DNA of 64,000 nt, taken from the sequence record NC_054910.1; one strand, given 5' to 3'. This DNA is from Escherichia phage EcNP1. This document shows, piece after piece, positions 53,408 through 62,115 of the stretch (position 1 is the first letter of the stretch; the number at the start of each line of letters is the position of its first letter). A program made the position numbers and the translations under genes. Below the pieces are notes generated by a model. It was not told the DNA's origin. It saw only the letters and a program-made list of their open reading frames with translations, and searched no databases.

Positions 53408-53715
53408 CGTAAATTCCCTGCAATTGGTATACTAACAATACGCCCAGTATCTAAAATTCGTCGATATAATCTTTGTGTGTCTACATCAGGCTTAACATGT
53501 TTAACTTCTATTTTATTAAACCAAAACTTGCGTGGAGTCTCGACTAATCTCGGAATTCCCATACCTAAAGCTAGTCGATACTGATCTTTAAGAGTTGTAA
53601 ATACTTTATCAGCAATCTCCCTTTCAAAAAATACAGCAGGACGATGTTCATCAAGAGGAACAGGCACCGCAAATCCATCTTTATCTCTATACACTATCGC
53701 ATATACATAAAACAT
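53404..53715 (-). CDS. hypothetical protein (dda.1 position)
   Basis: 103-aa ORF, coupled. Confidence 0.55.
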   Translation of the reverse strand: MFYVYAIVYRDKDGFAVPVPLDEHRPAVFFEREIADKVFTTLKDQYRLALGMGIPRLVETPRKFWFNKIEVKHVKPDVDTQRLYRRILDTGRIVSIPIAGNLR

Positions 53716-53716
53716 A

Positions 53717-54463
53717 TTATCCTCGGATAAGTTTAAAAATTGAACAATTTAGCGGGTATCCTCTTTTCAGTTTAAGTTTATCAATAAAAGACAAATTTTG
53801 ATACCGCTCTACACCTTGAATAATTTTATCACACATATCATATTGCATTTCTGCTTCTGACAATTTTTTCACAGTTTTCCAATCCGAGCCTTTAAGAAGA
53901 ACGTTTAGTTTAACAACTTCAGCGCCTTCTGCTATACGAGAACCATCAATACGAGCTTTAAGTGCTATAATCGTTAGCTTAACGTCAGAAGTTTGTTTTG
54001 ATTTAGAAAGCTGAGAAATATGCTCAATTCGGTTTTCACGTTTTTTCTGTATAGCTTTAATTTGATTATAAGTCTTTTTGATTTTAGCCCATTTCTTTTC
54101 ATCTAAATTTAGTTTATGAACTTTTTTCGCAGATGAACGACCAATTCGCAAAGCAAATAAATCACGCTTTTCAATCAACTCTTCTAAAGTATAATCAGAA
54201 CGAAATGTATTATACTTTTTCTTTACTGCAATAACATTCCCTTTAATGTATCCAACGTTATTATCAAAACGTTCTAACGATAATTTCTCTCCTTCAATAC
54301 GATTATCAAAAGGTTCTCCTGAGTAAGCGCAAACTTTCTGATCTAAAATGTTCTTAATGTAATTGAAGTCTAAGTTAAAATCTTTAGAACGTCTTTTAGC
54401 TGATGCCTGAGTGTGCTCTAAACGACGTGTAATTTTACGAATTTGATTTTTAGACAGTTTCAT
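53717..54463 (-). CDS. srd: Srd-like protein (tentative)
   Basis: 248 aa, very basic; position between dda.1 and modA and size fit T4 Srd; sequence not independently recalled. Confidence 0.55.
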   Translation of the reverse strand: MKLSKNQIRKITRRLEHTQASAKRRSKDFNLDFNYIKNILDQKVCAYSGEPFDNRIEGEKLSLERFDNNVGYIKGNVIAVKKKYNTFRSDYTLEELIEKRDLFALRIGRSSAKKVHKLNLDEKKWAKIKKTYNQIKAIQKKRENRIEHISQLSKSKQTSDVKLTIIALKARIDGSRIAEGAEVVKLNVLLKGSDWKTVKKLSEAEMQYDMCDKIIQGVERYQNLSFIDKLKLKRGYPLNCSIFKLIRG

Positions 54464-54578
54464 ATTTTTCTCACGGACGGGTAACTACTTATACTATAAC
54501 ATTTTTACTTCAGCTTGTAAACAACTTTATGAAAAATGCTTTAAAACTTTCATGGTATAATGAATCTAAGTCCTTCCA

Positions 54579-55181
54579 TTATAGATTAAATCCTTCAAAA
54601 TCAAGAGTATAGATAGTGTATGTTGAATACTTTTTATACTCATATCTATCTGCAATTCTAAATACACTTCCAGCTGGTATCATTACTTCTTGTTCATCTG
54701 AAACTAATTCCATATTACGATAGCGATGGCTATCTGGAAATTTAAAACTCGGACTATATTCTTTACAACGTAAAGCTTTTATAGCATACTCCTGGAAATT
54801 AAATACCATAGGAGCTTTGAATTCAAAAATAACTTGCGTGTTGTATTCTAATCCAGAAGCAAAATGCAGAGCTATATTTTTATCATATGAAGCTGATACT
54901 ACTTTATCAAATGTAATAATATCAATTCCTTGATTTAATACCTGCTTAGTCTCAACTGGAACACCTCTCCAAAGAGGTTTATCGTTTGGAACCAAACGAG
55001 ATTTGATTATTTCATTTAACCAAGAATGATCGTCTGGCTTATTAGTAATACAATGAATTAAAAGTTCAATTTCAGATAAATTAAATCCTTCAGAAAGTAA
55101 TTCTTCACGAATAGAAGCACGCACCGATGCATCCATTGATTTGATTTTAAAATCTTTTAATTGCATTGCTGAATATTTCAT
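54579..55181 (-). CDS. modA: ADP-ribosyltransferase ModA
   Basis: 200 aa; R (PLWRG), S-x-S (SAS) and EQEVMIP motifs; T4 ModA length. Confidence 0.9.
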   Translation of the reverse strand: MKYSAMQLKDFKIKSMDASVRASIREELLSEGFNLSEIELLIHCITNKPDDHSWLNEIIKSRLVPNDKPLWRGVPVETKQVLNQGIDIITFDKVVSASYDKNIALHFASGLEYNTQVIFEFKAPMVFNFQEYAIKALRCKEYSPSFKFPDSHRYRNMELVSDEQEVMIPAGSVFRIADRYEYKKYSTYTIYTLDFEGFNL

Positions 55182-55801
55182 TCAACTACCTCAATATCAT
55201 ACACTTTAAATGTTCCAAATGAATCGTGTAATTTTTCTTTTGAAATAGAAGTTATTTTATACTTTCCAATTGGAATCATCCATTCTTGTTCACGTACAAT
55301 CATCATTAAGTTATCAGTACGTTCTGAATCTAATCCATCAGTATCTTCATATGTATACTTAAACTCAGTATTAGGAGAAGAAAGTATAATATCGCTGATA
55401 TGGTCAGAGTAATTAAAAGCTTTATCAGTTTTTAAGCGAAATATTATTTCAGTGGAATATTCAACATAAGAAAAACCGCATGCTGTGTGCAAACTAGTAG
55501 TAAATGAATCTACTCTGTTCGTTGAAAACACTTCTCCAACTTGTAAATCTTTAATGAGTTCTTTTGTCGATTTTGATATACCACGATATAACTGATAAGG
55601 TGATTCAGTTAAATGCTTTTTAACGATTTTATTCAACTGCCGATGAAGAGCTTCATTCTTTTTGGCTTCCATACATTGCCAAAGAACTGACTGTTCAAAG
55701 TCAGTAAATTTTTCACAGACCTTTTTATACATATCATATTGAAAATCAACACTTTCAGCTTTTATAGATAACTGTTCAACATCTGCAAGATTAATAATCA
55801 T
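55178..55801 (-). CDS. modB: ADP-ribosyltransferase ModB
   Basis: Track ORF trimmed to MIINLADVEQ (207 aa); YRG, STN and EQEWMIP motifs parallel ModA. Confidence 0.85.
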   Translation of the reverse strand: MIINLADVEQLSIKAESVDFQYDMYKKVCEKFTDFEQSVLWQCMEAKKNEALHRQLNKIVKKHLTESPYQLYRGISKSTKELIKDLQVGEVFSTNRVDSFTTSLHTACGFSYVEYSTEIIFRLKTDKAFNYSDHISDIILSSPNTEFKYTYEDTDGLDSERTDNLMMIVREQEWMIPIGKYKITSISKEKLHDSFGTFKVYDIEVVE

Positions 55802-55868
55802 GATAGCCTCCATATACTTCAGAAGCTATCATATCATTGTTAGGAAGGAAAGTAAACAACTTTTTGAA

Positions 55869-56051
55869 TTATTTTGCCCAGGGAGCCCAGGGCGGAGGGT
55901 CAAGATGGTATGAAGCTAGTTCTTCTAGAAGAGCATCTGGGGCTTCAATTCCATAATTCTGTAATACTATACGGTACTCTTTCTTATAATCACTAGAATC
56001 ATTCTGGATATTCGTAGAATGATTATCTTCTAACATCTCAAATAAATCCAT
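55869..56051 (-). CDS. hypothetical protein (60 aa)
   Basis: ORF track. Confidence 0.45.
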   Translation of the reverse strand: MDLFEMLEDNHSTNIQNDSSDYKKEYRIVLQNYGIEAPDALLEELASYHLDPPPWAPWAK

Positions 56052-56059
56052 ATTAATTC

Positions 56060-56542
56060 CTAGCGATAAAAACCAAAATAACGATTAGCTTCAATAATTT
56101 TTCTTTCTTCTTCGGACATTCTCCAGCGTAGTCCAACATCAAAATGAGCCCAGACCATCTTAACAAATGCATTTATATCTTTAATATCTTCAATAATGAA
56201 TGTTTTACTTTTAGAAGGTTGACCTGCTAAATTAAGTGCTAATTTAACGTTATCATCTTCAAACAGGTCAAAAAGACCATATTCATGAGCTCTTTTATAG
56301 CCTTTGATAGTTAAAGCTTCAGAAGAAGAAAATGGTGAATCAGTATTCTGCAAAATATCTTCAGTATGCTTTATAATTAGAATAACATTTTCTGGATATT
56401 TTCTTTCTTTTATATCTTTAATTAAAATATCCGGATTTTCTGCTAAAGGAATAATTAATGAGCATTTTTTATCAAGTGTATTTACTGATTTACCTTCTTT
56501 AGACATAAATTCTATTGAATAATGTTTTGCTACTTCAATCAT
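56060..56542 (-). CDS. hypothetical protein (160 aa)
   Basis: ORF track. Confidence 0.5.
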   Translation of the reverse strand: MIEVAKHYSIEFMSKEGKSVNTLDKKCSLIIPLAENPDILIKDIKERKYPENVILIIKHTEDILQNTDSPFSSSEALTIKGYKRAHEYGLFDLFEDDNVKLALNLAGQPSKSKTFIIEDIKDINAFVKMVWAHFDVGLRWRMSEEERKIIEANRYFGFYR

Positions 56543-56699
56543 GTGATTTCCTCTTGCCTACTAACGGGCCGTCAGGAATTTTGTTTTCCTGGATATATTT
56601 CTCATTTTCTTCCATCATTTTACTACCGATTTTAAGAAGCAAATCCAATGCTTCATTTGCTTTAGCCTTGGCCTCTTCTAGCGTCATATCTCTGTTCAT
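56535..56699 (-). CDS. possible small ORF (54 aa)
   Basis: Read by eye: [40 protein letters not shown]...; ATGA overlap with upstream ORF stop. Confidence 0.35.
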   Translation of the reverse strand: MNRDMTLEEAKAKANEALDLLLKIGSKMMEENEKYIQENKIPDGPLVGKRKSHD

Positions 56700-56899
56700 G
56701 ATTTATCCCCATAGATGTCTCTCATCAATTTAAGTACTGAGCGTTCTAGTTTCTTTTCTTTCTCAGCACTAATCATTGATTTCATCCATTCTTCTGATTC
56801 ATTCTGCATTTCTTTATTTGCTTGTTCAACCCAACCATCGTCAATGTACATTGAGTTTGGTCTATTGAACCATTCAAACATTTTCTTCAGAACTTTCAT
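56696..56899 (-). CDS. hypothetical protein (67 aa)
   Basis: ORF track. Confidence 0.5.
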   Translation of the reverse strand: MKVLKKMFEWFNRPNSMYIDDGWVEQANKEMQNESEEWMKSMISAEKEKKLERSVLKLMRDIYGDKS

Positions 56900-57371
56900 T
56901 TGTTTTACCTAAAACAACAGTAGGAGCATCATCAAATTCATGAATTTTTAGCAAATTTGGATGTAAACTATTCCATATAGAAGAAATAAAGTATGATAAA
57001 GCATCTTCACTTGCAATTATAAATTTATTTCCTTTATCTATTTTCCAGTTATATACTGAATCGTACGAATAAAAAGATAAAGGCTTATCATTATATTGTT
57101 CTGCGCTAACATTAATGTATTCGGATTTAGTAAATGCTTCAATTGCTCTAAACGGAATATTTGGTACAGTTTCAATAATACCAATCTTTTTAAGTTTTAT
57201 TTCAGCATCTTCTGGAACTGGCATTGAAACGAAATTTTCTACGAGATACATTGGGTCACAATAACCCTTATCAATCATTACTGCTACTGTAATTGGAACA
57301 TCTTTAGCAAACGACATACTATTACTGCTAATATACATTTCAAACAAAATCGCTTCCATAATTTTCCTCAA
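56874..57371 (-). CDS. hypothetical protein (165 aa)
   Basis: ORF track. Confidence 0.5.
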   Translation of the reverse strand: MRKIMEAILFEMYISSNSMSFAKDVPITVAVMIDKGYCDPMYLVENFVSMPVPEDAEIKLKKIGIIETVPNIPFRAIEAFTKSEYINVSAEQYNDKPLSFYSYDSVYNWKIDKGNKFIIASEDALSYFISSIWNSLHPNLLKIHEFDDAPTVVLGKTNESSEENV

Positions 57372-57700
57372 TCACAAGATGTAGATGAACAACTAGAATC
57401 ACAAGAACTTCCACATGAATCGCCCGCCCATACATGAACAGGAACATTAGTGTCATATGAATCAGAACTAGACTGTGTATTAGATGATGCAGTAGGTGTT
57501 GACCAGCGCCAAGGATTTTTATAATATTCTTGGGCTTCTTCATAAGTCATAGTAACTGCTTCTACTGTTCCATCTCCCATATAAACATATTCAACTACAG
57601 TTAAAGGAAGGTAGTCGTTTGAAATAGGAACTACACCTTCTCCAGGAGCTGTAGAGAAAAAATCCGTAAAGAAATTTTTAAACCAATTAAAGATAAACAT
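57368..57700 (-). CDS. hypothetical protein with Cys/Ser-rich C-terminal tail (110 aa)
   Basis: ORF track; C-terminus [18 protein letters not shown]. Confidence 0.5.
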   Translation of the reverse strand: MFIFNWFKNFFTDFFSTAPGEGVVPISNDYLPLTVVEYVYMGDGTVEAVTMTYEEAQEYYKNPWRWSTPTASSNTQSSSDSYDTNVPVHVWAGDSCGSSCDSSCSSTSCD

Positions 57701-57906
57701 TACAAAAAGCCTCTCTTGAATTCAACTTGCTTCTCGCCATAATCATATCGAATCTCTGCATTAAATTCGACAGAACCATCTGCGTACATCATAAATGAAT
57801 GCACAACAACTTCTGTAGACCATGGCTGCAGTTCATATTTCTTCATTACATGCCGTGAAATGATAATATCTAAATCTTCATTTGGTTTAATCCAACGATT
57901 TAACAT
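57700..57906 (-). CDS. hypothetical protein (68 aa)
   Basis: ORF track; first gene after an early promoter. Confidence 0.5.
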   Translation of the reverse strand: MLNRWIKPNEDLDIIISRHVMKKYELQPWSTEVVVHSFMMYADGSVEFNAEIRYDYGEKQVEFKRGFL

Positions 57907-57932
57907 AGTGCTCTCCTCTATAAGATAATTTT

Positions 57933-57962
57933 ATTATACCATACTCATTTTGGAAAGTAAAC
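57933..57962 (-). promoter_or_regulatory. early promoter just downstream of the soc terminator
   Basis: Minus strand GTTTAC, 18-nt spacer, TGGTATAATAA. Confidence 0.55.
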
Positions 57963-57972
57963 CGGTAAAATG

Positions 57973-57996
57973 AAAAAAGGACTCCCGAAGGAGTCC
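57973..57996 (-). terminator. rho-independent terminator downstream of soc
   Basis: Same 18-nt hairpin GGACUCCUUCGGGAGUCC as at 5154, followed by a U-run. Confidence 0.7.
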
Positions 57997-58002
57997 TTGA
58001 AA

Positions 58003-58248
58003 TTATTCACCAGTTACTTTCCACAAATCTTCGTTTGCAGCAATCCACGCAGCACGTTGATTTTCTTCATATACAGTAGTATATGCTGCTTTTTCTGAAG
58101 GGAATGTCTGGTAATGAGCGCCAGAAATTTTGTGAACGTCAGAATAAAGAGGGAAAGCTACAGAAATTTCCTTTCCTTCAATTTTCTTATTTCCATCTAA
58201 TTTCTGCTCAAACGTTTTGATATTAACATAACCGCGAGTACTAGCCAT
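58003..58248 (-). CDS. soc: small outer capsid protein Soc
   Basis: 81 aa, MASTRGYVNIKTFEQKLDGNKKIEGKEISVAFPLYSDVHK; late promoter upstream, strong terminator downstream. Confidence 0.93.
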   Translation of the reverse strand: MASTRGYVNIKTFEQKLDGNKKIEGKEISVAFPLYSDVHKISGAHYQTFPSEKAAYTTVYEENQRAAWIAANEDLWKVTGE

Positions 58249-58278
58249 GTAATTCTCCTTTTATTTAAATTACATGAT

Positions 58279-58286
58279 TATTTATA
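58279..58286 (-). promoter_or_regulatory. late promoter TATAAATA for soc
   Basis: Exact TATAAATA on minus strand about 30 nt upstream of soc ATG. Confidence 0.55.
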
Positions 58287-58330
58287 ATAATTCTCGCGGC
58301 TTTTAAGTCGTCGTTTAAATAAACGAGCTA

Positions 58331-58849
58331 TTAATAACCTCGGTCTTGACGAGCGAAGTTTTCAGCATTCTTCAGATAATAAAGTTTAAAGATTTCTTCA
58401 GCAGTAAGGCCGAGACCTTGGAACATGTTCAGAACGAAATGAAGAATATCAATCATTTCGAATTTAATTTCCAACTGGTCTTGTGGAGACAAATCAGTAA
58501 TCAGAGTTTCACGACGTTCACCATGCTGCGACTTCCAAGGCTTCCATACAGCAGATGCATCTTTTTCACCATTGCTCATACCACCAAGAGAAGTCAGAAG
58601 TTCGCGGAATTCATCGTCAATATAATCTTTCTGATTACGCAGCCAATCAACAACTTCACCTGCGGTAGCCAAATCATCAGGATGACGGTTATATTCAGGT
58701 TTATCTTTAGCTAAACGAACCTGCAGAGATTTCTGCATATCAAGCATAACTTGCAACGGGTCTTTTTCGTCACCGAGAATATCCCAGTATTCATTTTGAG
58801 CTTTATCAGCGCCTTCAATCAGTTGTGAACATTCATTAAAGTATGCCAT
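58331..58849 (-). CDS. 56: dCTP/dCDP pyrophosphatase (MazG-like)
   Basis: Track ORF 203 aa trimmed to MAYFNECSQLIEGADKAQNEYWDILGDEKD (172 aa) as in T4 gp56. Confidence 0.88.
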   Translation of the reverse strand: MAYFNECSQLIEGADKAQNEYWDILGDEKDPLQVMLDMQKSLQVRLAKDKPEYNRHPDDLATAGEVVDWLRNQKDYIDDEFRELLTSLGGMSNGEKDASAVWKPWKSQHGERRETLITDLSPQDQLEIKFEMIDILHFVLNMFQGLGLTAEEIFKLYYLKNAENFARQDRGY

Positions 58850-58920
58850 TATTTTTCCTTTCAATTCATGGGTTAGTAGATTAATTATACAATAAATATA
58901 TAAAGCAATAAGGAGGACAT

Positions 58921-59121
58921 ATGGTACAAAAATTAATGGCACTTGTTAATGCCATAAAAGGTAATAAAAAACGTATAGCTTTTACTATTTCTGCTATGAT
59001 AGGAATTTTACTTTGGAATTTTGTTTTATCGCCAGTTGCTATTGCTCATGGCGTTAGTATTCCAGTAATTACTCTTGATACATTCGTAGATTTAGCATTT
59101 GCTTTAGTTGGGTTAATTTAA
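58921..59121 (+). CDS. opposite-strand small membrane protein (66 aa)
   Basis: ORF track; AAGGAGG RBS 6 nt upstream of ATG; two predicted hydrophobic segments; convergent with gene 61. Confidence 0.45.
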   Translation: MVQKLMALVNAIKGNKKRIAFTISAMIGILLWNFVLSPVAIAHGVSIPVITLDTFVDLAFALVGLI

Positions 59122-60146
59122 ATCTTAGCATATTTAGATAGCCGCATTTTAGCCATCAACCCCTGCGCAATATTATTTTTCATATATTCCATAATTTGTT
59201 CAGGGGTTGCACCTTCCTTTCTAATCATATCATTAACATCTTTTGATTTCCAGGGAGATTTGTCCCAAAACATAACCCTTTCTCCTGCATCAACTAATTT
59301 AGTCATTCGTTTAATAGTATCAGGGTGACGAGGTTCATTATCTAAAACCCATACACGTCTATCTTTAAATGGAACAATTTCTAGGTCTAATTGACCACCT
59401 GTAATAGCTATACCATTTTCAATAAAAAGTGAATCTATGGGTCCTTCTAGAACATATACATCACCATCTTTAACTCGTTCAACACCATAGATTTTTGTTG
59501 CCTCAGGATAAGCTTTGATGGTGATATATTTTTGAGGAGCATCTTTCTTTAATGCACGTCCTTGAAAAGACTCAGCTTTTCCATTAGCATTATAAATTGG
59601 AATAACAAGACGAGGCTCAGGTATTTCCTTTTTATATGTTCCTGGTGCTATGCTATTAACTAATTTAGGCCATTCGGTTGTAAACCAAAGATATTTCCAT
59701 TTATCCTTTGGAATACAGCGAGCTTTTACGTATTTTATAATTGGATGGTCTTCCGCCAGTTTATCTAATCTAATGCATGACGGAAGAGATTTAATTATTT
59801 TCTTCTCAGGTTGTTTAGGAAGTTCTTTAGGTTTTTCTACTGGACGACTTTTACCTTTTTCTTTTCTTATTTCAAAGATATACTCACGATATAAATCAGG
59901 TTCAAACTCCTTTAAATATATTCCGATTGGTGCATGATAGTTACAGTTATAACAATGAATATTTCCTTCATTATTATCACCATAATACCATCCACGGGCT
60001 TTATTTTGGTCGGTTTTTGAATCTCCACAAACAGGGCATCTAAACCGTAATTTAAAAGTTGAACTATTATTTACTTGTGCGAATTTAGGTAAATGAGCCA
60101 ATGCACGGTATGCAAACTCATTATCAATCCAAGGTATTGATGACAT
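59118..60146 (-). CDS. 61: DNA primase gp61
   Basis: 342 aa; zinc-binding CPVCGDS...CYNC and TOPRIM region; T4 gp61 length. Confidence 0.95.
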   Translation of the reverse strand: MSSIPWIDNEFAYRALAHLPKFAQVNNSSTFKLRFRCPVCGDSKTDQNKARGWYYGDNNEGNIHCYNCNYHAPIGIYLKEFEPDLYREYIFEIRKEKGKSRPVEKPKELPKQPEKKIIKSLPSCIRLDKLAEDHPIIKYVKARCIPKDKWKYLWFTTEWPKLVNSIAPGTYKKEIPEPRLVIPIYNANGKAESFQGRALKKDAPQKYITIKAYPEATKIYGVERVKDGDVYVLEGPIDSLFIENGIAITGGQLDLEIVPFKDRRVWVLDNEPRHPDTIKRMTKLVDAGERVMFWDKSPWKSKDVNDMIRKEGATPEQIMEYMKNNIAQGLMAKMRLSKYAKI

Positions 60147-60148
60147 TT

Positions 60149-60313
60149 TTACTCTTCTTTTTCTTTAGATTCCTCTTTTTTCTTTTTAGGAATCTGTTCA
60201 GGACCTTTATTTACTACAGCACCTGACGTTGTTCCAGTGGAGATATTTTCAGGATTACCACCTGAATCTCCAGCTACCATATCTTCTTTAATAAATTCTT
60301 TATATGTTTTCAT
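60149..60313 (-). CDS. possible small hydrophilic ORF (54 aa) upstream of gene 61
   Basis: Read by eye: MKTYKEFIKEDMVAGDSGGNPENISTGTTSGAVVNKGPEQ...; stop 2 nt before gene 61 ATG. Confidence 0.35.
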   Translation of the reverse strand: MKTYKEFIKEDMVAGDSGGNPENISTGTTSGAVVNKGPEQIPKKKKEESKEKEE

Positions 60314-60314
60314 A

Positions 60315-60941
60315 TTAACCTCTATTCATAAAAGCATTAAAAATTTGGTCATCAATAGAAACATCTACTTTAGACTGTTTTTCTGATGGTAATTCATATC
60401 CACATATTACAATTTTGTGATCAATATCAAAATACACAGAAGCAATATGATTAATGATGTTTTCAGTAAAATCTAAATCAACATCAATATCTTTTTGACC
60501 GCAACCCAAAGGATAAATAATGCGAGTAATTCGATTATCTTTAACAAAGATTCCACCGACATACTCTGTGCTGCGTTTAAAGTCTACACGCCGACGAAAT
60601 GAAAAATATTCAGGCTCTTTATGAGCTCGGCTCATAGGACACAACGAGTAACTAGAATAAGAGATGTCAAATTCTACACCTTCAATATGAGCCAAAGTAT
60701 CATGATTAAACCAATTATAATCGTACGCCAAGTCCATTAGATTATAATATGTAAAAGGCACCGGATTAACATCATTAGTCACAAGCACGTAATTAGCAAC
60801 TGCTATAATTTCGTTGTTTTTAACGAATACAAACCGCGATTGATGCGAATGACCTGGACCTGCGTTTTCACGATTAATGATATAACACTGGGCACCTTTA
60901 TATTTGTACGTGTCTTTGCACTTGTGCATTTGATAAAGCAT
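60315..60941 (-). CDS. hypothetical protein (208 aa)
   Basis: ORF track; start lies in one copy of a 20-bp tandem duplication. Confidence 0.55.
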   Translation of the reverse strand: MLYQMHKCKDTYKYKGAQCYIINRENAGPGHSHQSRFVFVKNNEIIAVANYVLVTNDVNPVPFTYYNLMDLAYDYNWFNHDTLAHIEGVEFDISYSSYSLCPMSRAHKEPEYFSFRRRVDFKRSTEYVGGIFVKDNRITRIIYPLGCGQKDIDVDLDFTENIINHIASVYFDIDHKIVICGYELPSEKQSKVDVSIDDQIFNAFMNRG

Positions 60942-60975
60942 TATTCACCTACCACAAGCATTATTCACCTACCAC
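60936..60975. repeat. perfect 20-bp tandem direct duplication (AAGCATTATTCACCTACCAC x2)
   Basis: Read directly from sequence; spans the sp stop and the start of the downstream 208-aa ORF. Confidence 0.8.
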
Positions 60976-61254
60976 TTCAGCGATGATATTTTTATTATTG
61001 AAGTTTTTATCACAATACAGAACGTAATTATACTGCATTACACCACCAGACTTAAGCTGTTTTTGTACTTCAGCTTTCATTTCAGGGCGATCACGCTCAA
61101 CGATATTCATAATATCTGCTTCAATCTGAGTTTCAACCTCAGTCTGATCTGCGGTCATAGACCATTCACACAAATCTTTATCATAACCTGCCATAGCAGG
61201 CTGAGCAGTACAAGAAGCCAAAGCAAAAATTGCAGCAAAAACAAATTTTTTCAT
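60961..61254 (-). CDS. sp: Spackle periplasmic superinfection-exclusion protein
   Basis: 97 aa, signal peptide MKKFVFAAIFALASCTAQPAMA then GYDKDLCEWSMTADQTEVETQIEADIMNIV; matches recalled T4 Sp. Confidence 0.8.
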   Translation of the reverse strand: MKKFVFAAIFALASCTAQPAMAGYDKDLCEWSMTADQTEVETQIEADIMNIVERDRPEMKAEVQKQLKSGGVMQYNYVLYCDKNFNNKNIIAEVVGE

Positions 61255-61311
61255 GATAATCTCCTCAGTAGTTTATGTTTATATAGTATCTCAATTTCCA
61301 ACAAAAGTAAA

Positions 61312-61566
61312 CTATTTTATTTCCTCAAGTTCGTTAATCAATAAAAGTTCTCTGACGCTAAAAACAAAGAAAAATGTGTTCCCATCAACCAGAGCATGAC
61401 CGCTAATAGAACACCCTCTGCGGAATTTAGAAACTTCACAATCTAGAACTGTAAAGGGTTTTAATCCTATGACTTTAGCTGTGCGTCTATTCAGTTCACA
61501 ACCACTTGCGAATTTTTCCAAATCTTCTTCTGATTTAAACTGATATTCTCTATTAACTAGCATCAT
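61312..61566 (-). CDS. hypothetical protein (84 aa)
   Basis: ORF track; early promoter upstream. Confidence 0.5.
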   Translation of the reverse strand: MMLVNREYQFKSEEDLEKFASGCELNRRTAKVIGLKPFTVLDCEVSKFRRGCSISGHALVDGNTFFFVFSVRELLLINELEEIK

Positions 61567-61595
61567 TTTCTTTTCTCCGCGATTAGCTGATAGAA

Positions 61596-61627
61596 TTACT
61601 ATAACACAACTCTATCAGCTTGTAAAC
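61596..61627 (-). promoter_or_regulatory. early promoter
   Basis: Minus strand GTTTACAAGCTGA..., TATAGT -10, flanked by a 10-bp inverted repeat AGCTGATAGA/TCTATCAGCT. Confidence 0.5.
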
Positions 61628-61650
61628 TACTATTTTACTAGCATCAATAA

Positions 61651-61914
61651 CTATTTCTCTAACTTGGCGATTTTACGAAAGTATCTTTTGCATTGACGAA
61701 TCTGTCGCTTCGTAGGGCGCACAGCAAACTTAATAAATTCCACTCGACCAAATGGAGGGCTTTCTTCTGCTGGAATATCTAATACTAATTCCCACGTATC
61801 TGCGATAAGTGCTTTGAATTGAGTATTTTTCCTGACGTTATACGGAGTAGGTTTAAATAAAACGATATGCATATTATCCTCGGCAATCCACTTCGCATAC
61901 TTTCTTGTCATCAA
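61651..61914 (-). CDS. hypothetical protein (87 aa; internal ATG at about 61872 possible)
   Basis: ORF track; 5' end overlaps dmd by 41 nt, so the true start may be the internal MHIVLF. Confidence 0.45.
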   Translation of the reverse strand: MMTRKYAKWIAEDNMHIVLFKPTPYNVRKNTQFKALIADTWELVLDIPAEESPPFGRVEFIKFAVRPTKRQIRQCKRYFRKIAKLEK

Positions 61915-62056
61915 TGAAAGCTTTAACTAGTGCTTTATTAACTTCAGCATATTGAGTAGTAGCCCATTGAACGTCATCTTTCATCATTGTGATTTCTTTA
62001 GTAAACATGCTTTCATTCTTAAACCACCCCATAAAAACTACCTTTACCAATTCCAT
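61874..62056 (-). CDS. dmd: Dmd antitoxin (discriminator of mRNA degradation)
   Basis: 60 aa, MELVKVVFMGWFKNESMFTKEITMMKDDVQWATTQYAEVNK; matches recalled T4 Dmd. Confidence 0.7.
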   Translation of the reverse strand: MELVKVVFMGWFKNESMFTKEITMMKDDVQWATTQYAEVNKALVKAFIDDKKVCEVDCRG

Positions 62057-62087
62057 AACAATCTCCTCATTTAACCAACAAGACTAC

Positions 62088-62115
62088 TATACCATAGTCT
62101 TGTCAGCTTGTAAAC
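62088..62115 (-). promoter_or_regulatory. early promoter for dmd
   Basis: Minus strand GTTTACAAGCTGA..., TATAGT -10, with 9-bp inverted repeat ACAAGACTA/TAGTCTTGT. Confidence 0.5.

Noticed and set aside
53717-54463. Possible HNH homing endonuclease in the srd-position ORF (CAYSGEPF ... SLERFDNNVGYIKGNV).
   Set aside because: Only a loose resemblance; the canonical paired Cys/His ligands are missing, and position and size fit Srd better.
58850-58942. ORF-track N-terminal extensions (gene 56 to 203 aa; also rnlA, rnh, denA, gp33, td, gp38, gp40).
   Set aside because: The extensions start at TTG/GTG or lack an RBS, while the internal ATG gives the homolog's length and N-terminus.
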